A stretch of DNA of 63,409 nt, filler included, from Microthyrium microscopicum (taxonomy: Eukaryota): NCBI GenBank assembly GCA_010405405.1. It is 6 parts of 4 records of this genome, joined end to end, with 100 filler letters (N's around TTAATTAATTAA, not from the genome) between each part and the next. Parts side by side here need not be neighbours in the genome. Positions count along the whole stretch, not along the records: positions 8,341 to 17,656 come from MU004240.1; positions 17,757 to 33,150 come from MU004241.1; 4 more parts are not named here. The stretch is one strand, 5' to 3'. Each line of letters begins with the position of its first letter. Positions within the stretch are counted from its first letter, which is position 1. Below the pieces are notes generated by a model, which had not been told where the DNA came from, searched no databases, and saw only the letters and a program-made list of their open reading frames with translations. The translations under genes and the position numbers were made by a program. Positions 14,301 to 27,500 of this stretch are shown in pieces.

Positions 14301-15900
14301 AGATATAGTTAATTAGACTTAGAATATACTCTACTACTACTAATTCTATAAACCTCTTTACTATTTACTTAATAATCTTATAATACTAATTAGCTATATC
14401 TTCTATATCTTTTTTGTATATTTCTCTATTTTCTAATAACTTAGTAATTCTTTCTACTCTCTTATATATAGCTTTATATAATATAAATATATACCTAAGT
14501 GTAATAATAGCTAATAAATGTAGAGTAAATAATAATAGATCTTTTTATTTATTATCTTTTTCTAAACTAATAACTATAATTATAGTAATAAAAACACTCT
14601 TGTACGTAATACTACTAATGTTATAATCTAATAAAGCTAGAAATAAATCTAAAACTAAACTATCTAATTTTTTTCTTTTTTCTTTTAATTCTATTTTTAT
14701 ACCCTTATCTTTACCCTTATTTATAAACTCTACGTCTATTAAATTATTATTTACTTCCTTACTTAGTAATATACTTAATAAGTCTTAGATATCCTTAAGT
14801 AGTATATCTTGTCTTTTAGTTAACTTAAAGTCTAGCCTTACTTTCTTCTTTTTAGTAAGGTTTTAATACTTTTTTTAGCCTTCTTTATTAGATATAGTTA
14901 GCTTAAGCTATTCTTCCTTATATATATACTAAATAAATTAAATAATCTATAACTAGATATTACTATATCTTTAAATTATTTTAACTAATTGTTAAACTAG
15001 TATTAGTTTTTTAGCTCTATTTTTGCTATTACTACTAAAAATCTTTTAATTAATTATTTTAAGTACTATTTAACTAATAATGTTTTTTTATAAATTCTTA
15101 ATAGTATTTTAGATAACTTGTTAGACTAATTTACTAATTTTTATAAGTTTAGCTTCTATTTAGATATTAATAGGTCGTATAAAACTAATTAGCTACGTTT
15201 ATTCGTATAATTATAGGATTTATGCTTATTCTATATACTTAACCTATATATTAGCTTCTAGATAGCTTATTATGCTCTCTATATTAATTAATTCCTTATA
15301 TTAGTTTTCTTATTTTCTTTACTAAGTTGCTAATACTTAATATTAAATTATTTTATACTTAGAATATAGCTAAGCTGCTTGCTAGGCGTCTAGTAGTTAA
15401 TAGACTTTAATAATTTAGTTCTAAGGTAGCTACGTAAAGATCTTTTAATAATAAATATCATTTTTTTATAAATAATACTAATTTAATGCATTTTATTATG
15501 TTTCAATTATCTAATAGCCTTATTTATTTAGATTAATTTAGCTATACTTAATTTAATAATGCTCTTAAATATAAATTACTTAGCCTTTGTATATATATCT
15601 ATACTCTAAGTATTTTTGTCTATTATAATAAATTAGAATTCTTAGAATTAGTAGATAAGTCTTAGTTAGAAATACTACTTTATTAATATTCTATATAAGT
15701 CCTATAACGAGTTATAGTTTCTAAATAAGCTCTTTCTTAGTAGTTAGCAATAAGCTTTTATAGTATTTTTTAATATATTTAGAAAATAATATTAGTAGAA
15801 CTATATAGCTATATTTAGAATAGACTATAACTTTATATTATAAGTATTTCTTAAAGATTGCTTTAAAATAATCTATATTTATAATTTATAGATTTTAAAT
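11400..15900 (-). pseudogene. TLH: Telomere-linked RecQ-family helicase (TLH-like), RIP-inactivated; ends approximate
   Basis: De-RIP reading of the minus strand gives the expected motifs in order. N-terminal: YKVIVCSKCGYAV (~15790-15835), EANxWVKRTEW (~15225-15260), LDLFLALLDH...FTPHLSA (~14500-14670) and QAGH...FRKVSxxWH (~12980-13110). Core: motif I TGGGKSLLFMLPA (~12700-12740), Ia TVVVVPF, II IVFDECH (~12450-12470), III YLTATLPP (~12340-12365), V GVGIDRPxVRTVIH and VI YxQESGRAGR (~11875-11985). A Cys cluster CRxRVIDxVLDG...CxxDxERCDxC follows at ~11660-11760. The gene is oriented toward the telomere. Confidence 0.88.
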
Positions 15901-16189
15901 AGTAAAATAAAAAGTTCTTAAAAGTATATAGTTCGTCTTAGTAATATTATAGCGTTTAGGCTTTATCTTATAAGTTAGACATAGCACGTAATTTTATTAA
16001 GAGTAGCATACTCCTCTCTTTATATAATAGTATATTACTAACTATACTTATTCTCTTAATTAATTTCTAGGTAAAGTTATATATACTATATTAACTTATA
16101 ATTTTAATCTATCTTTCTTCGTCCTAGATAATATACTATTAACTAGTATACTATAAAAGAAGGTTAAATCTAACTTATATATACTTTCT

Positions 16190-16397
16190 TTAGTATTTTT
16201 AAGTCTTTATCTTTTAATATTAGTCCTTAACTACTTCTTAGGTAAATTAAAAGAATAATTAGAGTCTAATATAGCTCCTAAAGGAGCTAATACCTACCTA
16301 AATTAGGATTTTTATTAGTCTAATATTAAGTTAGTATTCTTTTTAATATTAAGAGGAAGTAGATATACTCTTACCTATTAGTTATTTTATTACTAAT
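16190..16397 (+). repeat. 208-bp direct repeat, copy 1 (copy 2 at 17283-17490)
   Basis: The copies are colinear and differ almost only by transitions. Each contains the hairpin TAGCTCCT-AA-AGGAGCTA (16272-16289). Confidence 0.9.
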
Positions 16398-16423
16398 TTT
16401 CTTATTATAATATAGAATAATAA

Positions 16424-17089
16424 AACTAAAATTAAGAAAGAATTACTTAAGTTAATATATAATAGCTTATAAAATTAAACCTTTACTAAATAAGCTAAGT
16501 TACTTAAGCTAATAAATAATAGTTAGTATTAATACTTATAAAAGTAAAAAGAATATTAGTCTTACTTATATTACTCCTTACTATAAAAAGATAAAAAAGA
16601 GGAATAGTTACGTTCTTAACTATATATATCCTACTAAACCTTAATAAGCTAAGTATTAAGGTTTAGTAGAACATTAAGGAATAGTATATATAATAATATA
16701 GTAACCCTTAATATAAGATTTAGATATATTAAAACAAAATAGAATCTTTTAGTAATATAATAAATAATATTATAATAAGATATAGAAATAGAATCTTATT
16801 ACGACATTATTTATTATATTACTAAAAGATCCTATTTTGTTTTAATGTATCTAAATTCTATATTAAGAGTCACTATATTATTATATATAAAAAAGAGGAA
16901 TATAGCTATTCCTTTTTTTTATCTCTTTATAGTAAGAAGTAATATAAGTAGAATTAATATTCTTTTTACTTTTATAGGCATTAATACTAACTATTATTAA
17001 TTAGCGTAAGTAACTTAGCTTATTTAGTAAAGGTCTTATTTTATAAGCTATTATATATTAACTTAAGTAATTCCTTCTTAATTTTAGTT
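16424..17089. repeat. Foldback/MITE-like unit with ~190-bp inverted repeats (16424-16615 and 16898-17089) around a ~280-bp spacer
   Basis: AACTAAAATTAAGAAAGAATTACTTAAGTTAATATATAATAGCTTAT at 16424 is the reverse complement of the sequence ending at 17089, with transition mismatches. Confidence 0.85.
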
Positions 17090-17282
17090 CCTTTAGCTAG
17101 CTAAGCTATAGATTAGTCCTACTTTTATTTAACCTATATGTTAGTTCTGCTCCTAATTTATCTATAAATTAATAGTACTTATAAACTTATTACTTATAAG
17201 AGGCAGTTTGCTAATAATATACTTAGGTTTGCTTTAAGTCTATGTTTTTTTTTTAGTTTATGCCTTTAGTTCTTAGTTTTTC

Positions 17283-17490
17283 TTAGTATTTTTAAGTCTT
17301 TATTTTTTAATATTAGACCCTAACTACCCCCTAGGTAAACTAAGAGAATAATTAAGGTCTAATATAGCTCCTAAAGGAGCTAATGCCTACCTAAATTAGG
17401 ATTTTTATTAATCTAATATTAAGTTAGTATTCTTTTTAATAGTAAGAGGAAGTAGATATACTCTTACCTATTAGTTATCTTATTACTAAT
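17283..17490 (+). repeat. 208-bp direct repeat, copy 2
   Basis: Matches 16190-16397. Confidence 0.9.
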
Positions 17491-17656
17491 ATATATTTCT
17501 TCTATATAAAGTATCGCCTTATTTAATAATATAGTAGATAAGAATCTAGCACTCTATTAGTATATATATAATATAGTCTTTAGTAGAAATATACTATTAT
17601 GTTAGATATAACTATCTTTTTATAAAGAAGTACTACTAGCTATACTCTAATTAATA

Positions 17657-17756
17657 NNNNNNNNNNNNNNNNNNNNNNNNNNNNNNNNNNNNNNNNNNNN
17701 TTAATTAATTAANNNNNNNNNNNNNNNNNNNNNNNNNNNNNNNNNNNNNNNNNNNN
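17657..17756. other. Artificial scaffold-concatenation spacer
   Basis: N44-TTAATTAATTAA (17701-17712)-N44. Confidence 0.97.
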
Positions 17757-18300
17757 ATCTTTCTATTATTATATAATAGTTTAATTTTAATTCTATATAT
17801 TAAATCTATTAAAATATTAGTTAATTATTATAATACTAATTATAAGTACTATTCTAACCTTTTATAAATAATTACTTAATCTATATATTATATAACTATC
17901 TACTCTCTTATAAATATAATAATAAATACGTTAACTATATATAGACTAGCTATACTCTAATAAGTTATATTAATTCTATAGAAACTTACTATAAGGTATA
18001 TAAGAAAATACTAAAAAATAGTATTCTAATAATTTTATAATATATAAATAATTCTTTATATATATAAGCTTATTAGCTAGTTAGTACTATTAAATAAAAC
18101 CTAATATTTATAATATTATAAAATACTATTTCTTAGTTAAATCTTACTAATATATAAAGAATAGGTAATACTTTCTAATTTTATTAAATAAGACTACTAA
18201 ACTTAGCTAATATATACTAAAAGTTTAATTAAGATACTTCCTTAATATTAGAATTACTAATAGTTATTAACTTTAATTTACTAAATACTACTTTAGAGTT

Positions 18301-18660
18301 AAAATTATAAGCTCTTTCTATTATAAAGCTTAAAGCCTTTATTAAATAATTACTAAACTAAAAGTTATAATAAGCGCCTTATTTTATAACTTCTATTAAA
18401 TAATCTCTAAAATTAGAGTTATAAGCTTTATCTATTATAAAGCTTAAAGCTCTTATTAAATAAGCTCTAGACTTAAAGTTATAAGCTTCTTTCTTTATAA
18501 AGCTTAAAACTTTTATTAAATAAACTCTAAACCTAGAGTTATAAACTTTTTCTATTATAAAGCTTAAGGTTTCTATTAAATAAGCTTTAAGCTTAGAGTT
18601 ATAGGCTACTTTTATTATAAAGCTTAAAAACTTTATTAAATAAGCTCTAAAGCATTTTAT
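18301..18660 (-). repeat. 60-bp tandem repeat (about 5-6 units), equivalent of 60361-60720
   Basis: ATAAGCT..TCTATTATAAAGCTTAAAGC..TTATTAAATAAGCTCTAG recurs every 60 bp. Confidence 0.88.
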
Positions 18661-21600
18661 TAAAACTAAGTTATAATTATTTCTTTAATCTAAAATAAAG
18701 GCTAGCTTTTAAGTTTTATTAAAAGCTTTTATTAAGCCTAATATAAAACTACCTTTTAATACTAAGCTTAAGATATTTTTTAAAACTAGAATAAATATTA
18801 CTATATTAAGAACTAAAATATAGCTTAATTCTTAAGTATTTAATAAACCTATACTTAATTAACTTATAATATTATTTATTATCTATATTAAGTAGCTAGT
18901 AAACTTTAAACGCTATTAACTTAATAAATATATATAGATATATTAAGAAGATAACTAATTTACTATATAAGAATAATAAAATAAATAATATACTCTAAAG
19001 AGTAAAAAAATACTTAAACTAAAACTAAGATTTAGATTAATATATATAAAAATTTAATATTTAAGGCTAACTTATTCTACTAAGCTATTAAGATCTAATA
19101 CTAATTTATTTTACTTAAAGAATATTTACTTTATTAATTATAAGGTTATAAAGCTAGGTTTTAACTTAGAAATTAGGTATTCTAATATACTTTAATATCT
19201 TACTTATAATAATTAATATTATACTTTATTCTAATTATTAATATATTTCTTAAGTTAAAGAGAAAAAGAAAATCTATAATAGTTTAAGAATAATATAATA
19301 ATAGATTATATTTTATTTCTTAATTTATTTTATTATTTTAAATTTAGTAGTCTATTATTTAATTAATATAGTACTATTAATTATTTTATAAAATAAGACT
19401 TTACTATTAATAAGAATTCTCTTTATTTAATTAAATTTATAAAAAAGTAAAAACTCTTTATATTACTTATACTTAAAGAACTTTCTAAGGAACTTAACTA
19501 TAATATTATAATTTAGAGTATTAGTATTTTTCTTAAAACTATTATAGCTANNNNNNNNNNNNNNNNNNNNNNNNNNNNNNNNNNNNNNNNNNNNNNNNNN
19601 NNNNNNNNNNNNNNNNNNNNNNNNNNNNNNNNNNNNNNNNNNNNNNNNNNNNNNNNNNNNNNNNNNNNNNNNNNNNNNNNNNNNNNNNNNNNNNNNNNNN
19701 NNNNNNNNNNNNNNNNNNNNNNNNNNNNNNNNNNNNNNNNNNNNNNNNNNNNNNNNNNNNNNNNNNNNNNNNNNNNNNNNNNNNNNNNNNNNNNNNNNNN
19801 NNNNNNNNNNNNNNNNNNNNNNNNNNNNNNNNNNNNNNNNNNNNNNNNNNNNNNNNNNNNNNNNNNNNNNNNNNNNNNNNNNNNNNNNNNNNNNNNNNNN
19901 NNNNNNNNNNNNNNNNNNNNNNNNNNNNNNNNNNNNNNNNNNNNNNNNNNNNNNNNNNNNNNNNNNNNNNNNNNNNNNNNNNNNNNNNNNNNNNNNNNNN
20001 NNNNNNNNNNNNNNNNNNNNNNNNNNNNNNNNNNNNNNNNNNNNNNNNNNNNNNNNNNNNNNNNNNNNNNNNNNNNNNNNNNNNNNNNNNNNNNNNNNNN
20101 NNNNNNNNNNNNNNNNNNNNNNNNNNNNNNNNNNNNNNNNNNNNNNNNNNNNNNNATATCTTTATACTATTAAAAAAAAACTTATAGACTTATATTTAGG
20201 TTAGTAGCTATAATTAAGTTATATTTATATATAAGATATAAAGTAAGTAGTAGTATTTAGTATTAATAGTATAATAAAGTAAATATTCTTTAAAGTTATA
20301 TAAAATATTTTTAGAAATTTTTAAATTTATCTAAACTTTCTAGACTTTTCTAAATATATTATTATTTAAGATCTATATACTTTTAAAGAAAGTTACTTTA
20401 TAGATATATTTATAGCTTAGAACTATTATCTTTATATTCTTTATATTATAATATATAGTATTATAGATTTTATTCTTTAGTATAATAAATTAGCTAATAG
20501 TTATAACTATTCTAATATTATAAGCTTATAATCTCTATATTATTATAGTTTTACTTTATAACTTATTATTTAGTATATTTACTATACTTAAATAGTAACT
20601 AAGTCTAATATATAAATTTTAAGAAATAATATTTATTTTAAATATAGTTAAAATATTCTATACTCTATTATAATAAAGGTCTAAATAGTAGATTATTCTT
20701 AGCTTTTTCTAGTAACTAGCTTCTTATATATTAATATCTTATAAGCTTTTATTATTAATATAAGGTTTCTAATAATAACTTACTTATTAATCTTATAATA
20801 TAAAAAATTATATATTTATAAAATAAACTATACTTATTAAGATAAAAAAGGTTATATAAGTAATAGTTTAGATATTCTAGCTTATTTATTATTAGCTCTT
20901 TATATTTAAAATTATTAATAGCTATATAATTTTATTTATAGAATTACTATCCTTATCTTTATTAAGTTAAAGAATATTAATACTAAAAGATATATTATAG
21001 TAATAAAACCTCTAGTTATAATCTTCTACTTCTAAGAGTAAATCTATAGTAATAGCTTTAGGTTTAGTAATTCTAATAAATTAATAAAAGGGTTAGTAAT
21101 TATTATTATTATTTTATTCTTATTTAAAAGTAAGATAAGTAAATTAAGAGTATACTATAAAGCTTAAGAACTATTTATAGCTATTTATATATAGTTACTA
21201 TTATATAATAAGTTTATTTTAAGTAAGTATTATTATAGGCTTTAATATAGCTAGTTTACTTATAATTAATATTAATTAAATAATAAAAAGTAGTATAAAT
21301 AAAATAAAAGTCTAATAGCTATTTTATATAAAGTAGACTTATAATAAAATTATGTCTTTTCTTTATTATAATAATTAAAAGCTTTAGTATATTACCTAAG
21401 ATACTATATTATAATCTAAATTTTATATTATATAATCTATTATAAACCCTATAGCCTTCTATAAATATAATTTTACTAAATACTTTATTTATAAAGTACT
21501 AAAAGTAAGTATCTAAGTATATATAGTTTTTAATATTTTCTAAATTATTTCTACTAAGGTAAATAAAAGGTATACTTACTTAAAGATAAATAAAAATAAT

Positions 21601-24599
21601 ATAAAGAGAAAATATAATATACTTAAATATTTTAAATTTAATAACTCTAGTTAATATTATATTTCTTTAATAGAAATTAAAAGCTTTTCTATTTTTAATA
21701 AATAATAATATTTTATAATATAAACTAAGTTATACTAATTAATTTATAAAGTATACTAATAGAACTAAATAATAATAATTACTATTTAATTCTTTACTTA
21801 AAGTACTAATCTTTTTTATTTTAATTTCTAGCTTAAATATAATTAATAATAATAATTTAGACTTCTATTACTTTTAAATTATTATATTAGCTTAGTTTTA
21901 TAGCTAATTATAATAGTCTAGTTATTTTCTATATTTACTTACTATATCTTTTCTTTTTTTATCTTTTATTTTACTTATTTCTTATTTTTTTTTTTTCTTT
22001 TTTTTTTCTTTATTTTTTTTATTTATAATTTTTTTTTTCTTCTCTTTTTTTTTTTTTTTTTAATTATTATATTAGCTTAGTTTTATAGCTAATTATAATA
22101 GTCTAGTTATTTTCTATATTTACTTACTATATCTTTTCTTTTTTTATCTTTTATTTTACTTATTTCTTATTTTTTTTTTTTCTTTTTTTTTTCTTTATTT
22201 TTTTTATTTATAATTTTTTTTTTCTTCTCTTTTTTTTTATTTACTATTTCAAAATATAAGTAAAAGAAGTAGTAATAATAATCTTAATATAGTAAATAGT
22301 TTTATAGCTAAGGCTTATTTTATTTTAATAAATTCTATTTTTTCTTTCTTAAGAATAATATTTTAATCTTTATACTAAATAATATATATTTAATATAAAG
22401 ATATAATTACTATAAATAAAAAAAGATAAATAGTAAAAAAAAAGATAAGAAGCTTTAAAGCTTAGTAGTAATTTTAAGTTTAAAACCTTATATAACTTTT
22501 TTAATAATTAATTAAATTCTTAAATTTTAAGAATAGTAAAGTAATTCTTCTTATTAAATATACTTATAGCTTAAGATTTTATTTTTTTTAATTACTACTT
22601 CTAATTACTACTTTTTTTATAACTTATCTTATTATTTATTATATATTTCTTATAAATAAGTATATTTAAAATATTTAAAATTATATTAGAAAGCTTTTTA
22701 ATATAAAGACTAAAACTTTTAAAGTAAAAAAGTATAAATAAAAAAAATTATTTAAGCTTTTAGAGCTAATATTATTAATTAACTTTAATATAGTAATTAT
22801 AAGTTCTATATAATAACTTTTAGTTTCTACTTAGTAAAGAGTATTTTATATCTTAAATTTTAAGCCTTTTTAGCCTTTTTAGCTATTACTTTAATCTTAT
22901 TTTTAAATATAGTCTTTTCTAATAAGTTAGTAACTTTTTCTACCTTAGCCTTTTTCTTTAACTAAGCTTTCTTTATAGCTTTCTTTATAGCTTTTTTTAT
23001 ATACTTCTTTACTTTCTTTATATTTTCTAGTTTTTTTATATTCTTAGCTTTTAAGTAAAGATATAAGATATAGTAAACTTACTTTTAGTAAAATAAGTAA
23101 TTATATAGCTATAGCTTTATATTTATAGAATAATTAGTTTATACTTAATTATTCTAGAGGATTATAGTTTTTACTCTTAATTTTATTTATATTTTAAGTA
23201 TTACTTTACTCTTTCTTAGACTTTTTAAAAATTAGCTTAAAGTACTCTAAGTAAGTTTAATTAAAGTATAATAATACCTACCTAAGTAAATTCTAATAAG
23301 AAATATAAGAAAAATAGATTACTATAACTAGAATAAGTATATATTAAAATATATATCTAAATAAAGCTTATTATAGAAAAGTATAATTATAATTAATATA
23401 TTAAAATTAAATACTATTTAAATCTAGATATTATATTAAGTTTCTTAAGATTTATATATTTATATAAGCCTATTAGGTTTATAAGAGCTTAATTAAGTTT
23501 ATAAATTATTTTAATATAAGAAATAATATAATATTTATAATTATTAATAGTAGATATAATATTAAAATAGATAAAGATATTAAGTATAAAGATAAAGTTA
23601 AATAAGTAAGCTAAAAATTAAAACTAATAATAATTATTATAAGTAAGTTCTAAATTTAGATAATAAAGTTACTTAAACTAGTAATTTATTATTAAAGTTA
23701 TAAAAGAATGTAGCTTTTTCTATCTAATTAAATAAAACTTAATACTTTAAGTTTAAGCTTTTTTAACTTCTAGTTCCTTATTGTTATCTTTTTCTATCTT
23801 TTTTTTTTTTATTACTTTTTTCTTAGCCTTTAAATATAAATAAAGTAAATAATAGAATTAATCTTAGTAAAGAGAATAATTATATAACTAAATCTTCTTT
23901 AGTTTATTTAAGTATATTAATAATACTAGTATTATAATATAGTATAATTTATTAATCTTTTACTAATAAAGATAATAAATTTACTTATAGAAAAACTAAA
24001 GTTAAAGAATTAAACTACTAATTTTTATTTTTAAGAAAGTTTTAATATTATAAATAAATAGAAGAAAGATTAATAAAATACTTTATTAGAATATTAGCTT
24101 AGATTATTAATTACTTAATAGTATAGATAATATAACTCTATAATTCTTTTTAAGTTCTTTATTTAAGATACTAGTAAAAGCTATAAAAACTAATAGTACT
24201 ATATTATTTACTTTATAAGTTAATATTACTAGAAAAGAAAAATATAAGTAGAATAGCGTTTATAAATAAATATAGCTAAGTTATATCTTATAAATATATA
24301 TTAAAAGATATTTAGCTAAATAAATACTCTATAAGCTATAAAGCGTTATTATTTATTCTTATTATTCTTTTATTTCTCTCTAGATTCTTTTAGCTACTAA
24401 ATATATCTATTAGTCTAGTTAAAATATTTAGATTTATTATAAAGACGTATTTTATATATTAATAGTAATAATATTAACTTTAAGTATATTTTCTAATATT
24501 CTATATTATTAATAATTTAATAGTAGTACTTTAATCCTTACTATAAACTAAACTAATTATATATAAAATTATTTATTAAATTTATTATCTTTAGGCTCT

Positions 24600-27500
24600 A
24601 TCTTAATTATAACTAAACTCTTTTTAATATTTTAGTATATATTATTTTAAATATTTTTTAAGTATTTCTATATCTTTTTTATAAATAGAAAAGCTAAAGC
24701 TTCTTTAGATTAGGATATTAGTTTAGTTAACTTAGGCTAGATTAGTCCTAATTTAAGATATATTTATAAATCCTTAAGTCTTATTAGTTATACTACTTAA
24801 TCTTTAGAATAAGCTTTTATAAAACTTATAGTATTTAACTAAAGCTTATTAATATTTTATAATAGTATATTAATTAAATTATTATCTAAGTATAATACTT
24901 TAATTAAAATATACTTTACTATATTATTTACTTAAAAAACTCTTCTAGTACTCTAAGTCTAATTACTTAATAATATTAGAATAAATATTATAATAAGATA
25001 TTTTATTTACTACTAGTTACTTTTAATACTATAGCTACTATATATTTTAACTAAAACCTAAATATTCTTATTAAAAAAGTATTTATCTACTCTTAATAGT
25101 ATTTAATTACTTATAGTAAACTTTAAAATATTTTAGAAAAAGTAATAGATATTAGCTTTAATACTTAAAAATAAGCTAGTTCTTAAATAGCCTACTTTAA
25201 TTAAAAATAACTTTCTACTTTATATACTAGTTTTATTAAAATAAGATATTTAGAGATTAAATTTCTTAGATATATATTAAAGTATTACTATAATTATACT
25301 AATAAAAATAAGATACTTTATAATAATTAAGACTTTATTCTATTATAAGCCTTATTTTTTTTACTTTTTATTAAAAAAGTATATTTCTAAGTTAGTATAG
25401 ACTTTTTTAATAATATCTACTATATATTATATTTAAGTACTTATTTTTAGAACCTAAGAAACTTTTTTAATAAAGAGATTATTCTTAAGCTTAGCTAATT
25501 TCGTAAAGTTAAGCTTTAGAAATAGGTTACTATTAATTTCTACTAATATATAATAAAGATTATCTTTAGCCTATTCTTTAATTTCCTTTACTTATTTTAA
25601 TATTAATAAATAAAGTACCTTAATAATAAGTTTATAATATATAATCTTAATAAAGATTTAATAAACTATATAGTTAGCTAGCTTAGCTTATATCTATTTA
25701 GCTTAATATAGTTTACTTTTATACTAAGTAGTAAAGTTATTAATAATAGTTATTCTTAATTTATTTATTTACTTTATTATATATTTATTAAGCTTATTTA
25801 TAAGCTATATTACTTTTAGGTTTATTATATTAATAATAATAAGCTCTATTTTATTTAGAAGTAGTATAATATACTTTTAACTAAAAAGCTTTATATTTAT
25901 TATATAATAAAGTTTAAATAAAGTATATATACTAGCTAAAGTAGTACTTATTTAAGCTTATTTTCTTATAAGCTATTTCTTTTCTCTTTTATTAAAATAC
26001 TTATATAATCTTATATCTTTTATAATAAGTATAGTAATTTAACTAGAAATAGTATTAAGTAATAAAAAGATAAATAATATATAGTTATTAGTAAAAATTA
26101 CTTAATCTTTCTTTAATTTCTTTTTAAGAAACTTCTTAATATTTTTATTAATATTAGAAAAGTAAATATATTATATATTTACTAAGTAAGTAATTAGGTT
26201 TAGTTAGCTTATTATAGTATTATAATATATTCTAAATTAACTTAATATAGTAGCTTTAAACTATATATTATAATAATACNNNNNNNNNNNNNNNNNNNNN
26301 NNNNNNNNNNNNNNNNNNNNNNNNNNNNNNNNNNNNNNNNNNNNNNNNNNNNNNNNNNNNNNNNNNNNNNNNNNNNNNNNNNNNNNNNNNNNNNNNNNNN
26401 NNNNNNNNNNNNNNNNNNNNNNNNNNNNNNNNNNNNNNNNNNNNNNNNNNNNNNNNNNNNNNNNNNNNNNNNNNNNNNNNNNNNNNNNNNNNNNNNNNNN
26501 NNNNNNNNNNNNNNNNNNNNNNNNNNNNNNNNNNNNNNNNNNNNNNNNNNNNNNNNNNNNNNNNNNNNNNNNNNNNNNNNNNNNNNNNNNNNNNNNNNNN
26601 NNNNNNNNNNNNNNNNNNNNNNNNNNNNNNNNNNNNNNNNNNNNNNNNNNNNNNNNNNNNNNNNNNNNNNNNNNNNNNNNNNNNNNNNNNNNNNNNNNNN
26701 NNNNNNNNNNNNNNNNNNNNNNNNNNNNNNNNNNNNNNNNNNNNNNNNNNNNNNNNNNNNNNNNNNNNNNNNNNNNNNNNNNNNNNNNNNNNNNNNNNNN
26801 NNNNNNNNNNNNNNNNNNNNNNNNNNNNNNNNNNNNNNNNNNNNNNNNNNNNNNNNNNNNNNNNNNNNNNNNNNNNNNNNNNNNNNNNNNNNNNNNNNNN
26901 NNNNNNNNNNNNNNNNNNNNNNNNNNNNNNNNNNNNNNNNNNNNNNNNNNNNNNNNNNNNNNNNNNNNNNNNNNNNNNNNNNNNNNNNNNNNNNNNNNNN
27001 NNNNNNNNNNNNNNNNNNNNNNNNNNNNNNNNNNNNNNNNNNNNNNNNNNNNNNNNNNNNNNNNNNNNNNNNNNNNNNNNNNNNNNNNNNNNNNNNNNNN
27101 NNNNNNNNNNNNNNNNNNNNNNNNNNNNNNNNNNNNNNNNNNNNNNNNNNNNNNNNNNNNNNNNNNNNNNNNNNNNNNNNNNNNNNNNNNNNNNNNNNNN
27201 NNNNNNNNNNNNNNNNNNNNNNNNNNNNNNNNNNNNNNNNNNNNNTTAAAGTAGTTAATAAAGAAACTAGTTTATTTTTAGATATATTTATTTTTAAAAG
27301 TCTTTAGTATATAAAAGCTAATAATATTAAGTATTAGTTTATATATATTAAATAGATAAGGTTTAATCTATTTCTTATAAGCTTACTATATATTAATTCT
27401 TATATTACTATTTTTACTATTATAATTATATTATTACTTATCTTTATAAAGTTATAATTCTTAAAGGTATTTTACTTTTATACTATATAATATATTTATT

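Noticed and set aside
14414..14626. 70-aa plus-strand ORF
   Set aside because: It is a chance open frame antisense to the RecQ helicase relic, with I/L/N/Y-rich composition typical of RIPed DNA.
16190..17490. LTR retrotransposon (TRIM) interpretation of the 208-bp direct repeats
   Set aside because: No TG...CA ends (or clear RIP derivatives), primer-binding site, polypurine tract or target-site duplication could be identified.
21877..22240. 185-bp near-identical tandem duplication
   Set aside because: The junction lies in a long poly-T run, the copies lack RIP differences and the other element copy (~56800-56970) has one unit. It is most likely an assembly artefact.
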